Source of the DNA: an uncultured virus (IMG/VR IMGVR_UViG_3300025684_000756) | Lineage: Duplodnaviria; Heunggongvirae; Uroviricota; Caudoviricetes | Virus record (IMG/VR): IMGVR_UViG_3300025684_000756 | Length of the DNA stretch: 64,000 bases | Strand: one strand, 5' to 3' | In this document: positions 28,745 to 37,183 of the stretch, one piece after another | Layout of the letters: each line of letters starts with the position of its first letter | Position numbering within the stretch: position 1 is the first letter of the stretch | Notes under the pieces: model-generated | The model's input: the letters and a program-made list of their open reading frames with translations, nothing else | What the model was told of the DNA's origin: nothing | The model's database searches: none | Made by a program: the position numbers and the translations under genes

Positions 28745-30133
28745 ATGCAAAATACAAGGAAACGTAATAAGCCTCCTAAGGCAAAATGGATAGCTGATAG
28801 AAACTCTGCTCTTGAAAAATTGCCAGAGAGGAACACTAGTAAGAAACAAACTCCAATTAATTTTTATTGTGATGAAATTGGATTTCCGTTGGACCACAAA
28901 CATTGTTTAAGTAGATGGTGCTATCAGTATGTGCTAAACTTAACAGGTACAGTAGACCAACATCACTTTACAAAAAACCCATTAATAGATCATGTTGCAT
29001 TACTAAGCACTAACAGAGAAGTAAATGTTAAACTGTTTGAACAAGGTTTATCTAGTACAGGTTCTAATGTAGTTGTTATAGGATTAATGGGAGGCTGGTC
29101 TAGTTATAAACTTGATGCAATTACAAAATGGTTTACTCATGAATCTCGTAAAAGTTTTTGGAATAATGAGGATTGCCAAATAGTTTTAGATTATAGTCAA
29201 GAAGGTTTTGACGAATACTTTGGCTCTATTCATAATTGGGTAAACGAACATAGTTTACATAACAGAGTTACAGTAGTATCTGGATCTTATAATTGTAAAA
29301 AAGTTTTAACTAATTGGGAACATATGGTTTCTAGGCAAAACAATTTTAATATAGTATGGTATGGATTTTTTGCAGAATGGATTAGTAATAGAGTTGAAAG
29401 TAAACCACAACCAGTTAATTATATTGCAGGCAACAAACGCCTTATGTGTCTTAATCGTAGACCTCATCCGCATAGAATGGTACTAGCTTCTATGTTAGAA
29501 AGAGAAAGCCTAATTGATAAGATAGAAATAAGTTTTCCTAAACATATGTCTGAGGCTGGACCTTATCGAACAGCTGGGCATGATAATGTACGTTTATTCT
29601 GGGATCGTACTGTAGATTATCAGAATGGTTTTATTGATCACTTAGTAGAACCTTTTAATAGTTTATTTAAGAAACTACCTTTAATAGCAGATACAGATGA
29701 CTTTGCTACTAATCATGCTACAGATTTTAATGTTGATTTATATAAAAACTTTCCAATTAATATTGTAACAGAAACATTATTTTTTACACAGAATGTTTTT
29801 CCTAGCGAAAAGTTATGGAAGCCAATGGCACAAGGACAGCTATTTTTAGTAATGGGTGCTAAAGACTTTTTACCTTCTTTACGTTCTATGGGATTTAAAA
29901 CTTTCTCTCCTTTTATTAACGAAGAATACGATACTATTGTAGACCATTTAGAACGTGCAGAAGTACTAGTTCGAGAGATTAAAAGAATAATCGAATTACC
30001 AGAAAAAGAATTTAAAGATATTTTAATTAACTGTCAAGAAGCGATCAAACATAATCAGAGTTTGATATTAAATAATAGCGAAGTTAAAAGACTAACTTCA
30101 AAAAATATTATTGAATGCTTCGAGAGTATATGA
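28745..30133 (+). CDS. Glycosyltransferase-like protein (GT10/exostosin-like C-terminus)
   Basis: CLNRR...HR; NIVTET...SEKLWKP...GFKTF. Confidence 0.5.
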   Translation: MQNTRKRNKPPKAKWIADRNSALEKLPERNTSKKQTPINFYCDEIGFPLDHKHCLSRWCYQYVLNLTGTVDQHHFTKNPLIDHVALLSTNREVNVKLFEQGLSSTGSNVVVIGLMGGWSSYKLDAITKWFTHESRKSFWNNEDCQIVLDYSQEGFDEYFGSIHNWVNEHSLHNRVTVVSGSYNCKKVLTNWEHMVSRQNNFNIVWYGFFAEWISNRVESKPQPVNYIAGNKRLMCLNRRPHPHRMVLASMLERESLIDKIEISFPKHMSEAGPYRTAGHDNVRLFWDRTVDYQNGFIDHLVEPFNSLFKKLPLIADTDDFATNHATDFNVDLYKNFPINIVTETLFFTQNVFPSEKLWKPMAQGQLFLVMGAKDFLPSLRSMGFKTFSPFINEEYDTIVDHLERAEVLVREIKRIIELPEKEFKDILINCQEAIKHNQSLILNNSEVKRLTSKNIIECFESI

Positions 30134-30339
30134 GAAGAGAAACTAAAACACGAACAATAGTAAAAGCATTAATTTATAGATTATGGATTATACTAACAAT
30201 ATGGATAATGTTAGTTCTTATGGGCGAAGAAACCGACGAAGCCCTAGGTGTTTCAGTTGTTACTAATATAGGATGGACCATTGTATATTATTACTACGAC
30301 AGACTTTGGTTAAAAATTAAATGGGGAATGGAAGAATGA
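30130..30339 (+). CDS. DUF2061-like membrane protein
   Basis: ET..RT.VKA..YR...YYYDRLW..IKWG. Confidence 0.6.
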   Translation: MRRETKTRTIVKALIYRLWIILTIWIMLVLMGEETDEALGVSVVTNIGWTIVYYYYDRLWLKIKWGMEE

Positions 30340-31607
30340 AAGTTGGATTTATTGGATTAGGTAAACTAGGAATGCCTTGTGCAGAAGTTATGGCAGAAAA
30401 ATATGATGTTACAGGATACGATATTGCAAAAGTATCTTCGATTAAAGTTAGTGTAAGACATACTATTAAAGATACTGTAAAAGACAGAGACATTATATTT
30501 GTTGCTGTACCTACTCCACATGATCCTGCTTACGGAGGAAGTACTCCAATTGCAGATAAAGAACCAAAAGACTTTGATTATAGTATAGTTAAAAGAGCAT
30601 TAGATGAAATTGATCTTCATGTAAACAAAACACAGTTAGTAGTTCTTATTAGTACAGTATTACCTGGAACAGTTAGAAGTGAATTAGTAGACCATATTAA
30701 ACATGCTCGTTTTATTTACAATCCTTATTTGATTGCTATGGGTAGTGTTGCCTGGGATATGGTAAATCCTGAATGTTTAATTATAGGAACAGAAGACGGA
30801 ACAGAAACTGGTGATGCTAAAATACTAGTTGATTTTTATAAACCTTTATTAGAAAACAATCCAGAAATTAATATTGGTACCTGGGACGAAGCTGAAGCAA
30901 TTAAAGTTTTTTATAATACTTTTATTTCAGTTAAGATTGGTTTAGTCAATATGATACAAGACGTTGCAGAAGCAAATGGAAATATTAATGTTGATGTTGT
31001 TACTGATGCATTAAAGAAAGCAACTCAACGTATTGTTGGTCCAAAATATATGACTGCTGGAATGGGAGACGGAGGAGCCTGCCATCCTAGAGATAATATT
31101 GCACTACGTTTTCTTGCACAGAAATTAAATTTAGGATATGATCTATTTCATTCTATTATGCAGTCTAGAGATATGCAGGCGAAAAAAATGGCAGAACGTT
31201 TACTTGAACTATCAACAGAATATAACTTGCCTATTGTTATACATGGTCGTGCATATAAGCCAGGAGTTGAATATACAGTTGGTAGTTACAGCGAACTAGT
31301 AGCACAATATGCCGCAGAAGAATTAAATCAAGTATACTATGTTGATCCATTAACTGGTGACAACTTACCTAAAAAGAATATGAAAGCAGTTATATTATTA
31401 GCACACAATGAACAAGTAACATATGCTGGTACGGGTGTAAAAGCAACAGAATCAGGATATTATTTTAAGTTTGCTAAAGGTAGTATAGTTGTTGATCCTT
31501 GGAGGACAACAAAAGAGATTCCAGGTTGTGCTGTTGTACACTACGGTAATCCTAGAAAGATATGGTCTGCTCAAAGTCAAAGGAAGAAATTTCTTGGTCT
31601 GTTTTAA
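30336..31607 (+). CDS. UDP-glucose/GDP-mannose dehydrogenase family protein
   Basis: GLGKLG, VPTP, STVLPG, AE.IK..YN, GGAC.PRD. Confidence 0.88.
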   Translation: MKVGFIGLGKLGMPCAEVMAEKYDVTGYDIAKVSSIKVSVRHTIKDTVKDRDIIFVAVPTPHDPAYGGSTPIADKEPKDFDYSIVKRALDEIDLHVNKTQLVVLISTVLPGTVRSELVDHIKHARFIYNPYLIAMGSVAWDMVNPECLIIGTEDGTETGDAKILVDFYKPLLENNPEINIGTWDEAEAIKVFYNTFISVKIGLVNMIQDVAEANGNINVDVVTDALKKATQRIVGPKYMTAGMGDGGACHPRDNIALRFLAQKLNLGYDLFHSIMQSRDMQAKKMAERLLELSTEYNLPIVIHGRAYKPGVEYTVGSYSELVAQYAAEELNQVYYVDPLTGDNLPKKNMKAVILLAHNEQVTYAGTGVKATESGYYFKFAKGSIVVDPWRTTKEIPGCAVVHYGNPRKIWSAQSQRKKFLGLF

Positions 31608-32391
31608 GAAGTAATACTAATAGAGCCATTCTAATATATAATCCATTTTCCATTTGCTCAAAATATTTTGCTCTTGGATCTTTATCAAACCAAACAGGTA
31701 TTTCTTCGTTGCGTGGGAACGGATGCATAACTATTGCATCTTCTGGTATGTGATGTATATGTTCTTTCTTCATACTGTAACTACCACTACTTCCTCTTTC
31801 TTTTTGTACTCTCGTTAGATAGTAAACATCACTCTTTGGCCATATACTCTTATCGTATGTATCTATAAAATGCTTTTTGCAATTAGGTAATGCTTTATCT
31901 AAACTATGTACTGTTCTGCCGTTTTCTATATCTCCAATAAATGTAATTGTAAGATCTTTGATCTTGTTAAATTTCTTATAGATTGTATACAAATCTAAAA
32001 GTGTTTGTGTAGGATGTTCTCCATTGCCATCACCTGCGTTTATTATAGGAACCTTACTTACTTTTGATGCTATTGATGCATCACCTGCTTGTTGACTTCT
32101 CAATACAATTAAGTCGCAATAGTTAGACATTGTAATAATAGTATCTTCTAGATTTTCTCCTTTAGACACCGAACTATAGTTTACATCATTAATTGAAATT
32201 ACTTGTCCGCCAAGTTTATACATTGCACTAGCAAAAGAACTGCTAGTTCTTGTACTTGGTTCGTAAAATAAGTTAGTTATTATTTTACCTTTTAAACTTT
32301 CTTGAAATTCTGTAGGAGCTGACTTTATATTATTTGCTAATTTAAATATTGAAATAAAATCAATTTTATTCAGTTGAACTAGGTGTTGCAT
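31552..32391 (-). CDS. pyrB: Aspartate carbamoyltransferase catalytic subunit
   Basis: FYEPSTRT, KGE.L.DT, INAGDG..EHPTQ.LLD, TRVQKER, HPFPR. Confidence 0.93.
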   Translation of the reverse strand: MQHLVQLNKIDFISIFKLANNIKSAPTEFQESLKGKIITNLFYEPSTRTSSSFASAMYKLGGQVISINDVNYSSVSKGENLEDTIITMSNYCDLIVLRSQQAGDASIASKVSKVPIINAGDGNGEHPTQTLLDLYTIYKKFNKIKDLTITFIGDIENGRTVHSLDKALPNCKKHFIDTYDKSIWPKSDVYYLTRVQKERGSSGSYSMKKEHIHHIPEDAIVMHPFPRNEEIPVWFDKDPRAKYFEQMENGLYIRMALLVLLLKTDQEISSFDFEQTISF

Positions 32392-33802
32392 GTAAGTTCT
32401 CTATCTTTTCCGGATCACAATGTTTAGAAAGTAAATCGTATACGTCATGTAATACAACTCTCCATTTATGTTTTCTACGTTGATCAAGTATGTCCATGTA
32501 TTTTATATATTCGTTTAAATGAAAGTATTGGTCTTCTAATTTATCATCATCAATATATTTTTCTAACAATCTAATCATTGAGAAGATCCAATTTCTATAT
32601 TTCTGTGAATGTTCGTATGTTTCGTTGAAGTGATGAAAGTTTTGAATAATTTCTTCTTTAGCACTTCGTGGCAGATATCTAACATCCAACCATTTAGGTC
32701 CTTCTAAAAATCTAAAGTTAGCCTTAATTTGGTATTTCTCGCATAGCTCAATTACTCTAAATATAGCATAAGGACTTTGTATTCCTACACAACTACTAAG
32801 GTACTCAATTTCTAATCCAGGAAATTCTTGAACCATCTCTAAATTTCTAATAAACCTTTCCCAATTACCAGGGTTACGAATTAATGTATATCTTTCTTCT
32901 GTATCATCGACACTTATACATAAGAATACCTGTTTAAACTTAGTTAACTTTTCTAGTAATCTTTTGTTAATGATTGTTAAGTTAGTGTCAAATCTTAATG
33001 TCATTTCTTTTGCTGTATCGGCTTCAATTAGTTTATCTAACGTTTGCTCTAGTTCAGGAACAACAAAGGGTTCTCCGCCTGTGAAATATATGTGTCTTAG
33101 TCTAGGAATGATTGCTTCAAACTTGTCTCTCCAAGTTTGTGTCTGCCACCATTTCTCTGAATTTGCAATATCAGTTTTACCATTCTTATCAGGTAGTAAG
33201 TAAAATGTTTTATATTTTCCTAGTTTAAAGATTGGTTCCCCGTCGTAGTAATCAAATGCAATCCAGTCGTCATACCACATACTACTATGCTGAGGGCTAC
33301 ACATCACACATCTCATGTTGCATAAGTTACCAAATCGTATGTGCAGGTTAACTACTCTTGATGTTGTTGAACCATCTGGTTGCATATAGTAGTGTGCTTG
33401 GCTTGGAACTACATAACCTTTAGTACGTTGGGCTGTACCAATTGAAACTCTCATTCTCTTACTAATGCCACGTTCTCTTAACTTCTTCCCGTAACGTGTG
33501 CCTTTCATTCCTTTAGTAGCTTCTTCTGACTCATAGCAATTACGACAACGTTGTGGTTTTTCATTTCTAGATAATTGTAGTCTGTGATCTTTGTGTGTTT
33601 TACTGTTTAGTGCTTCGTCAAAGTCATGTGTCATTACATTCATAACTTGATCGTTTTCATCTCTAGCCATCCCAAACGTTTCATCATAGTTTGCTAAACA
33701 ACAGATACTAAAATCTCCGTTTGATGATATTTCAAGTTGGCTCCAAGGTTCAGAACAAAAGCTGTCCTCGCTGAAGTTATAAGGGCTTGGTTTATAATCC
33801 AT
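32366..33802 (-). CDS. Radical SAM protein with N-terminal twitch/SPASM domain (paralog of 26793)
   Basis: FCSEPW...CC...CRNC; GNLCNMRCVMC; TGGEP. Confidence 0.88.
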   Translation of the reverse strand: MDYKPSPYNFSEDSFCSEPWSQLEISSNGDFSICCLANYDETFGMARDENDQVMNVMTHDFDEALNSKTHKDHRLQLSRNEKPQRCRNCYESEEATKGMKGTRYGKKLRERGISKRMRVSIGTAQRTKGYVVPSQAHYYMQPDGSTTSRVVNLHIRFGNLCNMRCVMCSPQHSSMWYDDWIAFDYYDGEPIFKLGKYKTFYLLPDKNGKTDIANSEKWWQTQTWRDKFEAIIPRLRHIYFTGGEPFVVPELEQTLDKLIEADTAKEMTLRFDTNLTIINKRLLEKLTKFKQVFLCISVDDTEERYTLIRNPGNWERFIRNLEMVQEFPGLEIEYLSSCVGIQSPYAIFRVIELCEKYQIKANFRFLEGPKWLDVRYLPRSAKEEIIQNFHHFNETYEHSQKYRNWIFSMIRLLEKYIDDDKLEDQYFHLNEYIKYMDILDQRRKHKWRVVLHDVYDLLSKHCDPEKIENLHATPSSTE

Positions 33803-33819
33803 AAATTTCTTTTCTCATT

Positions 33820-34731
33820 TTATATTAGACTCTGTACTAGAGTATTTACCGTTACGATACTAGTTATATAACTGATACCTTTTCCAGCAAAAACATGTCC
33901 TGTAGTTCCTGTTGTAATTCCAGCATGTAAACTAAATGTATTATTATCGTTATCTTTACCTTTGTATTCTGAAAATATCAATGCATTTTGCTTTGCACTT
34001 TCTGTTTGTAACTTTCCTAATGTTTCTGCATTCTTATTTACTAATTGATTTTTTGCTTCGTTGCTTAAAGGACTCTCTTCTGTAGCCGCAAATAAAGTGC
34101 CAATACCTACATAGTCTGCACCTAGTTCTATCATAGATTTGATATCCTCTTTTGTTCCAACTCCACCTACTGCTATAATATCAATTCCACTATAATATTC
34201 TCTAGCATAATTTATACAAAACTCAATTCCTTTTGCATCTCCAGCTCTACCAGCACCGTGGGGACTTTTAATACCTAGTGCATCTACTTGTCTATTTCCA
34301 GCCCACCGTGCATACCTAGATATATCAGTTGGAACAGATACAACTTTTAATATTAATTTAATACCAGAGTCTTGCATTCTACTTTGATGAGATGTTACTA
34401 CTGCTTCATTACTTCTATATAATTCATCAACTTGAATAAGTTCTACGTGACTAACTTTTTCTTCTATTAATAAATCGCACATAGTAGATTCTTCGTCTAT
34501 TAGAAATTGTGTGTCAATGCTTATAATTAAATCTGCATTAGGACACTCTTTATAAAATTCTTTTATATTTTTTCTAAGCCAATCATAACTCAACCTACCA
34601 GGGCCTGTATAATAATTGAAAGCACTAATACTAGGTACTGCTCCGGCCTTGCTTGTTGCAATAGCTAATTTTAAATCAGATACTCGATTCATAGCCATTG
34701 CTATAATAGGATATTTAGAATTGAATAACAC
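33820..34731 (-). CDS. Nitronate monooxygenase/FabK-like FMN TIM-barrel oxidoreductase
   Basis: PII..AM..VSD..LA.A.S.AG; IAVGGV; LGAD.V.IGT.F. Confidence 0.75.
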   Translation of the reverse strand: MLFNSKYPIIAMAMNRVSDLKLAIATSKAGAVPSISAFNYYTGPGRLSYDWLRKNIKEFYKECPNADLIISIDTQFLIDEESTMCDLLIEEKVSHVELIQVDELYRSNEAVVTSHQSRMQDSGIKLILKVVSVPTDISRYARWAGNRQVDALGIKSPHGAGRAGDAKGIEFCINYAREYYSGIDIIAVGGVGTKEDIKSMIELGADYVGIGTLFAATEESPLSNEAKNQLVNKNAETLGKLQTESAKQNALIFSEYKGKDNDNNTFSLHAGITTGTTGHVFAGKGISYITSIVTVNTLVQSLI

Positions 34732-34743
34732 ATTTCTCTCCGA

Positions 34744-34762
34744 TAAATAGTACTATTACTTA
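34744..34762. promoter_or_regulatory. Face-to-face late promoters for divergent genes
   Basis: + TAAATA 34744-34749; - TAAGTA 34762-34757; palindrome AATAGTACTATT 34746-34757. Confidence 0.5.
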
Positions 34763-34780
34763 TTAAGGAGTTTTTGTATT

Positions 34781-35578
34781 ATGCATCCGTATCCAAGACC
34801 AAATGAACGTATAGTTATAGTATCCGGAGGGTTTGATCCTCTGCATTCTGGACATCTAAAGTTACTTAAAGGAGCAAAAGAGTTAGGACAATATCTGCTA
34901 GTTGGTGTTAATTCGGATCAATGGCTAGGAATAAAAAAAGGAAAAAATTTTCAAAATATAAAGGAAAGACTTGATATTCTAAATTCTTTAGATATGGTTA
35001 ACTCTGCTATGGAATTTGATGATAGTGATGGAACTGCATGTAAACTAATAGATCATGTAAAGAAAACTTTTCCGGATAATGAAATCATATTTGCAAATGG
35101 TGGTGACCGTACTACCAATAATGTACCGGAGTCGAACATTACTAACATTACATTTGCATGGGGTGTTGGTGGAGAAGAAAAAACTAACTCTAGCAGTGAG
35201 TTATTGTACAGATGGGGAAAACACAATCCACAAACAGAACACCGTCCTTGGGGTGCCTGGACGGTGCATAGAGATTTAAAAACAACAAAAGTTAAAGAAT
35301 TAACAGTCGAGCCAGGGAAAAGTCTTTCTATGCAACGACATAAAGATAGAGCCGAGCATTGGTTTGTTGCAGAAGGTGAAGCAACAGTTTATACACTTGA
35401 TATAAGTTCAGACCATGAACTAATTGGCCATTTTCCAATGCACTCCTCCTTACATATAGATCAGGGCCAATGGCATATGTTATCTAATGAAACCAATAGC
35501 TTACTTAGAATTATTGAAATACAATACGGTTCTAACTGTGCTGAACAGGATATATTTCGGTTAAATGACCAAAAATAA
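34781..35578 (+). CDS. Cytidylyltransferase-like + mannose-6-phosphate isomerase (type II) cupin fusion
   Basis: SGGFDPLHSGH, NGGDR; RPWG, LSMQRH..RAEHW, IIEIQYG. Confidence 0.85.
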   Translation: MHPYPRPNERIVIVSGGFDPLHSGHLKLLKGAKELGQYLLVGVNSDQWLGIKKGKNFQNIKERLDILNSLDMVNSAMEFDDSDGTACKLIDHVKKTFPDNEIIFANGGDRTTNNVPESNITNITFAWGVGGEEKTNSSSELLYRWGKHNPQTEHRPWGAWTVHRDLKTTKVKELTVEPGKSLSMQRHKDRAEHWFVAEGEATVYTLDISSDHELIGHFPMHSSLHIDQGQWHMLSNETNSLLRIIEIQYGSNCAEQDIFRLNDQK

Positions 35579-35581
35579 TAC

Positions 35582-35610
35582 TTGACCTTTGATCTAAAGT
35601 GTAGTATAGT
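35582..35610 (+). promoter_or_regulatory. Sigma70-type promoter of replication operon
   Basis: TTGACC-17nt-TATAGT. Confidence 0.7.
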
Positions 35611-35644
35611 AACACTTGTAAATACAAACCTATAAGGAGATCAA

Positions 35645-35896
35645 ATGTTTACCCCAGAGCAAATTGCTAAACTAAAGTCCGTAATTAATGACGGCGTACA
35701 AATTAAACGTGAAGTTGAGGACCTAAATGGTGGACTCAAAGATACAGTTTCCGCGATTGCAGAAGAACTTGAAATTAAACCAGCAGTTCTAAATAAAGCA
35801 ATCACTAAAGCATTCAAAGGTGACTTTGAAAGAGATCAAACTGATCTTGAGGCTGTTGAAGAAATCCTCAACGTAACTGGTAATAAAGTTCCTTAA
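35645..35896 (+). CDS. DsbA/GapR-like dsDNA-binding protein
   Basis: 83-aa helical protein, LK..I......E.....LKD......E......LNK.I pattern. Confidence 0.6.
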   Translation: MFTPEQIAKLKSVINDGVQIKREVEDLNGGLKDTVSAIAEELEIKPAVLNKAITKAFKGDFERDQTDLEAVEEILNVTGNKVP

Positions 35897-35934
35897 GACT
35901 TACATAATTAATATTGTAGAAAAGAGGAAAGCTA

Positions 35935-36975
35935 ATGCGAATTGAAGATGAAATTAAACTAGATTTTAAAGATGTTCTCTTTAAACCTAAGAGAAGTAAA
36001 CTAGAATCTAGACGAGATGTCGACCTGCTCCGTACTTTTAAATTCCATAATTCTGGAAATGAATGGACAGGAGTTCCTATTGTAGCAAGCAACATGGATG
36101 GTGTTGGAACTTTTACAATGGCTAAAAAGTTGCAAGAACATAAGATGTTGACTATAATGCGAAAACATTATACACTTGATGAATGGAATCAAGCCATCGG
36201 TGACGGTGTTAAGATGAAGTACCTAAGTGTATGCACAGGAACAGCCGCAATCTGGGATCCAGACGCGGCAGACTTTGCAACAATGAATGCAGTATTAGAA
36301 GCATACCCGGATATTAAATTTATTACAGTTGATGTAGCAAATGCTTATCACGAAAACTTTGGAGACTTTATTTCACGTCTTCGTGACAGATATCCAAATA
36401 AAACTATTATTGCAGGCAATGTTATTACTGCAGAAATGGTTGAGGAGCTAATTATCAAAGGTGCCGACATTGTTAAGTGTGGTATTGGTCCAGGATCAGT
36501 ATGTACTACACGACTAATGACAGGTGTTGGAATTCCTCAGCTATCAGGTATTATCGAATGTGCAGATGCGGCAAACGGTATCGGTGGTCATATTATTGCA
36601 GATGGCGGTTGTGTATACCCTGGTGATGTTTCCAAAGCATTTGGAGCAGGTGCTCATTTTACTATGCTTGGTGGTATGTTAGCAGGCCATGATGAATCTG
36701 AAGGAGAGATAATCGATGGCATGGTAAAGTTTTATGGTATGAGCTCAGACGAAGCTATGTCAATTTATGGTTCTCGTAAATCTGGTTACAGAGGAGCAGA
36801 AGGTAAAGTAGTTACTGTTCCTCATAAAGGTTCTGTTGATAATACCGTAACAGAAATATTAGGCGGAGTTAGAAGCACATGTACATACATTGGAGCAAAC
36901 AGAATTAAAGATATGCCAAAGTGTGCAGTTTTCGTACGTTGCTTGAATACACATAATACAGTCTATGGAGGCTAA
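35935..36975 (+). CDS. guaC: GMP reductase
   Basis: KLDFKDVL.PKRS, NMDGVG, DVAN.Y, GIGPGSVCTTR, ADGG, FYGMSS. Confidence 0.95.
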   Translation: MRIEDEIKLDFKDVLFKPKRSKLESRRDVDLLRTFKFHNSGNEWTGVPIVASNMDGVGTFTMAKKLQEHKMLTIMRKHYTLDEWNQAIGDGVKMKYLSVCTGTAAIWDPDAADFATMNAVLEAYPDIKFITVDVANAYHENFGDFISRLRDRYPNKTIIAGNVITAEMVEELIIKGADIVKCGIGPGSVCTTRLMTGVGIPQLSGIIECADAANGIGGHIIADGGCVYPGDVSKAFGAGAHFTMLGGMLAGHDESEGEIIDGMVKFYGMSSDEAMSIYGSRKSGYRGAEGKVVTVPHKGSVDNTVTEILGGVRSTCTYIGANRIKDMPKCAVFVRCLNTHNTVYGG

Positions 36976-36978
36976 TAA

Positions 36979-37182
36979 ATGAGTCTAAACGAAAAAATTG
37001 ATGCTAGGATGGATGCACTCCAGCATTGGATGGAAACTAACTATCATATAGACCACGAAGAGGAAGTGTATAACTTGACACTATCTATATCCAAGTTTTG
37101 GTCTATAATGAATGATGCGGATAAGGATTATCTCCAAGTCGCACAAGATGCAATTAAAAATAAAACAATGTGGAGTACATAA
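36979..37182 (+). CDS. Hypothetical protein
   Basis: SD GGAGG; 67 aa. Confidence 0.6.
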   Translation: MSLNEKIDARMDALQHWMETNYHIDHEEEVYNLTLSISKFWSIMNDADKDYLQVAQDAIKNKTMWST

Positions 37183-37183
37183 T

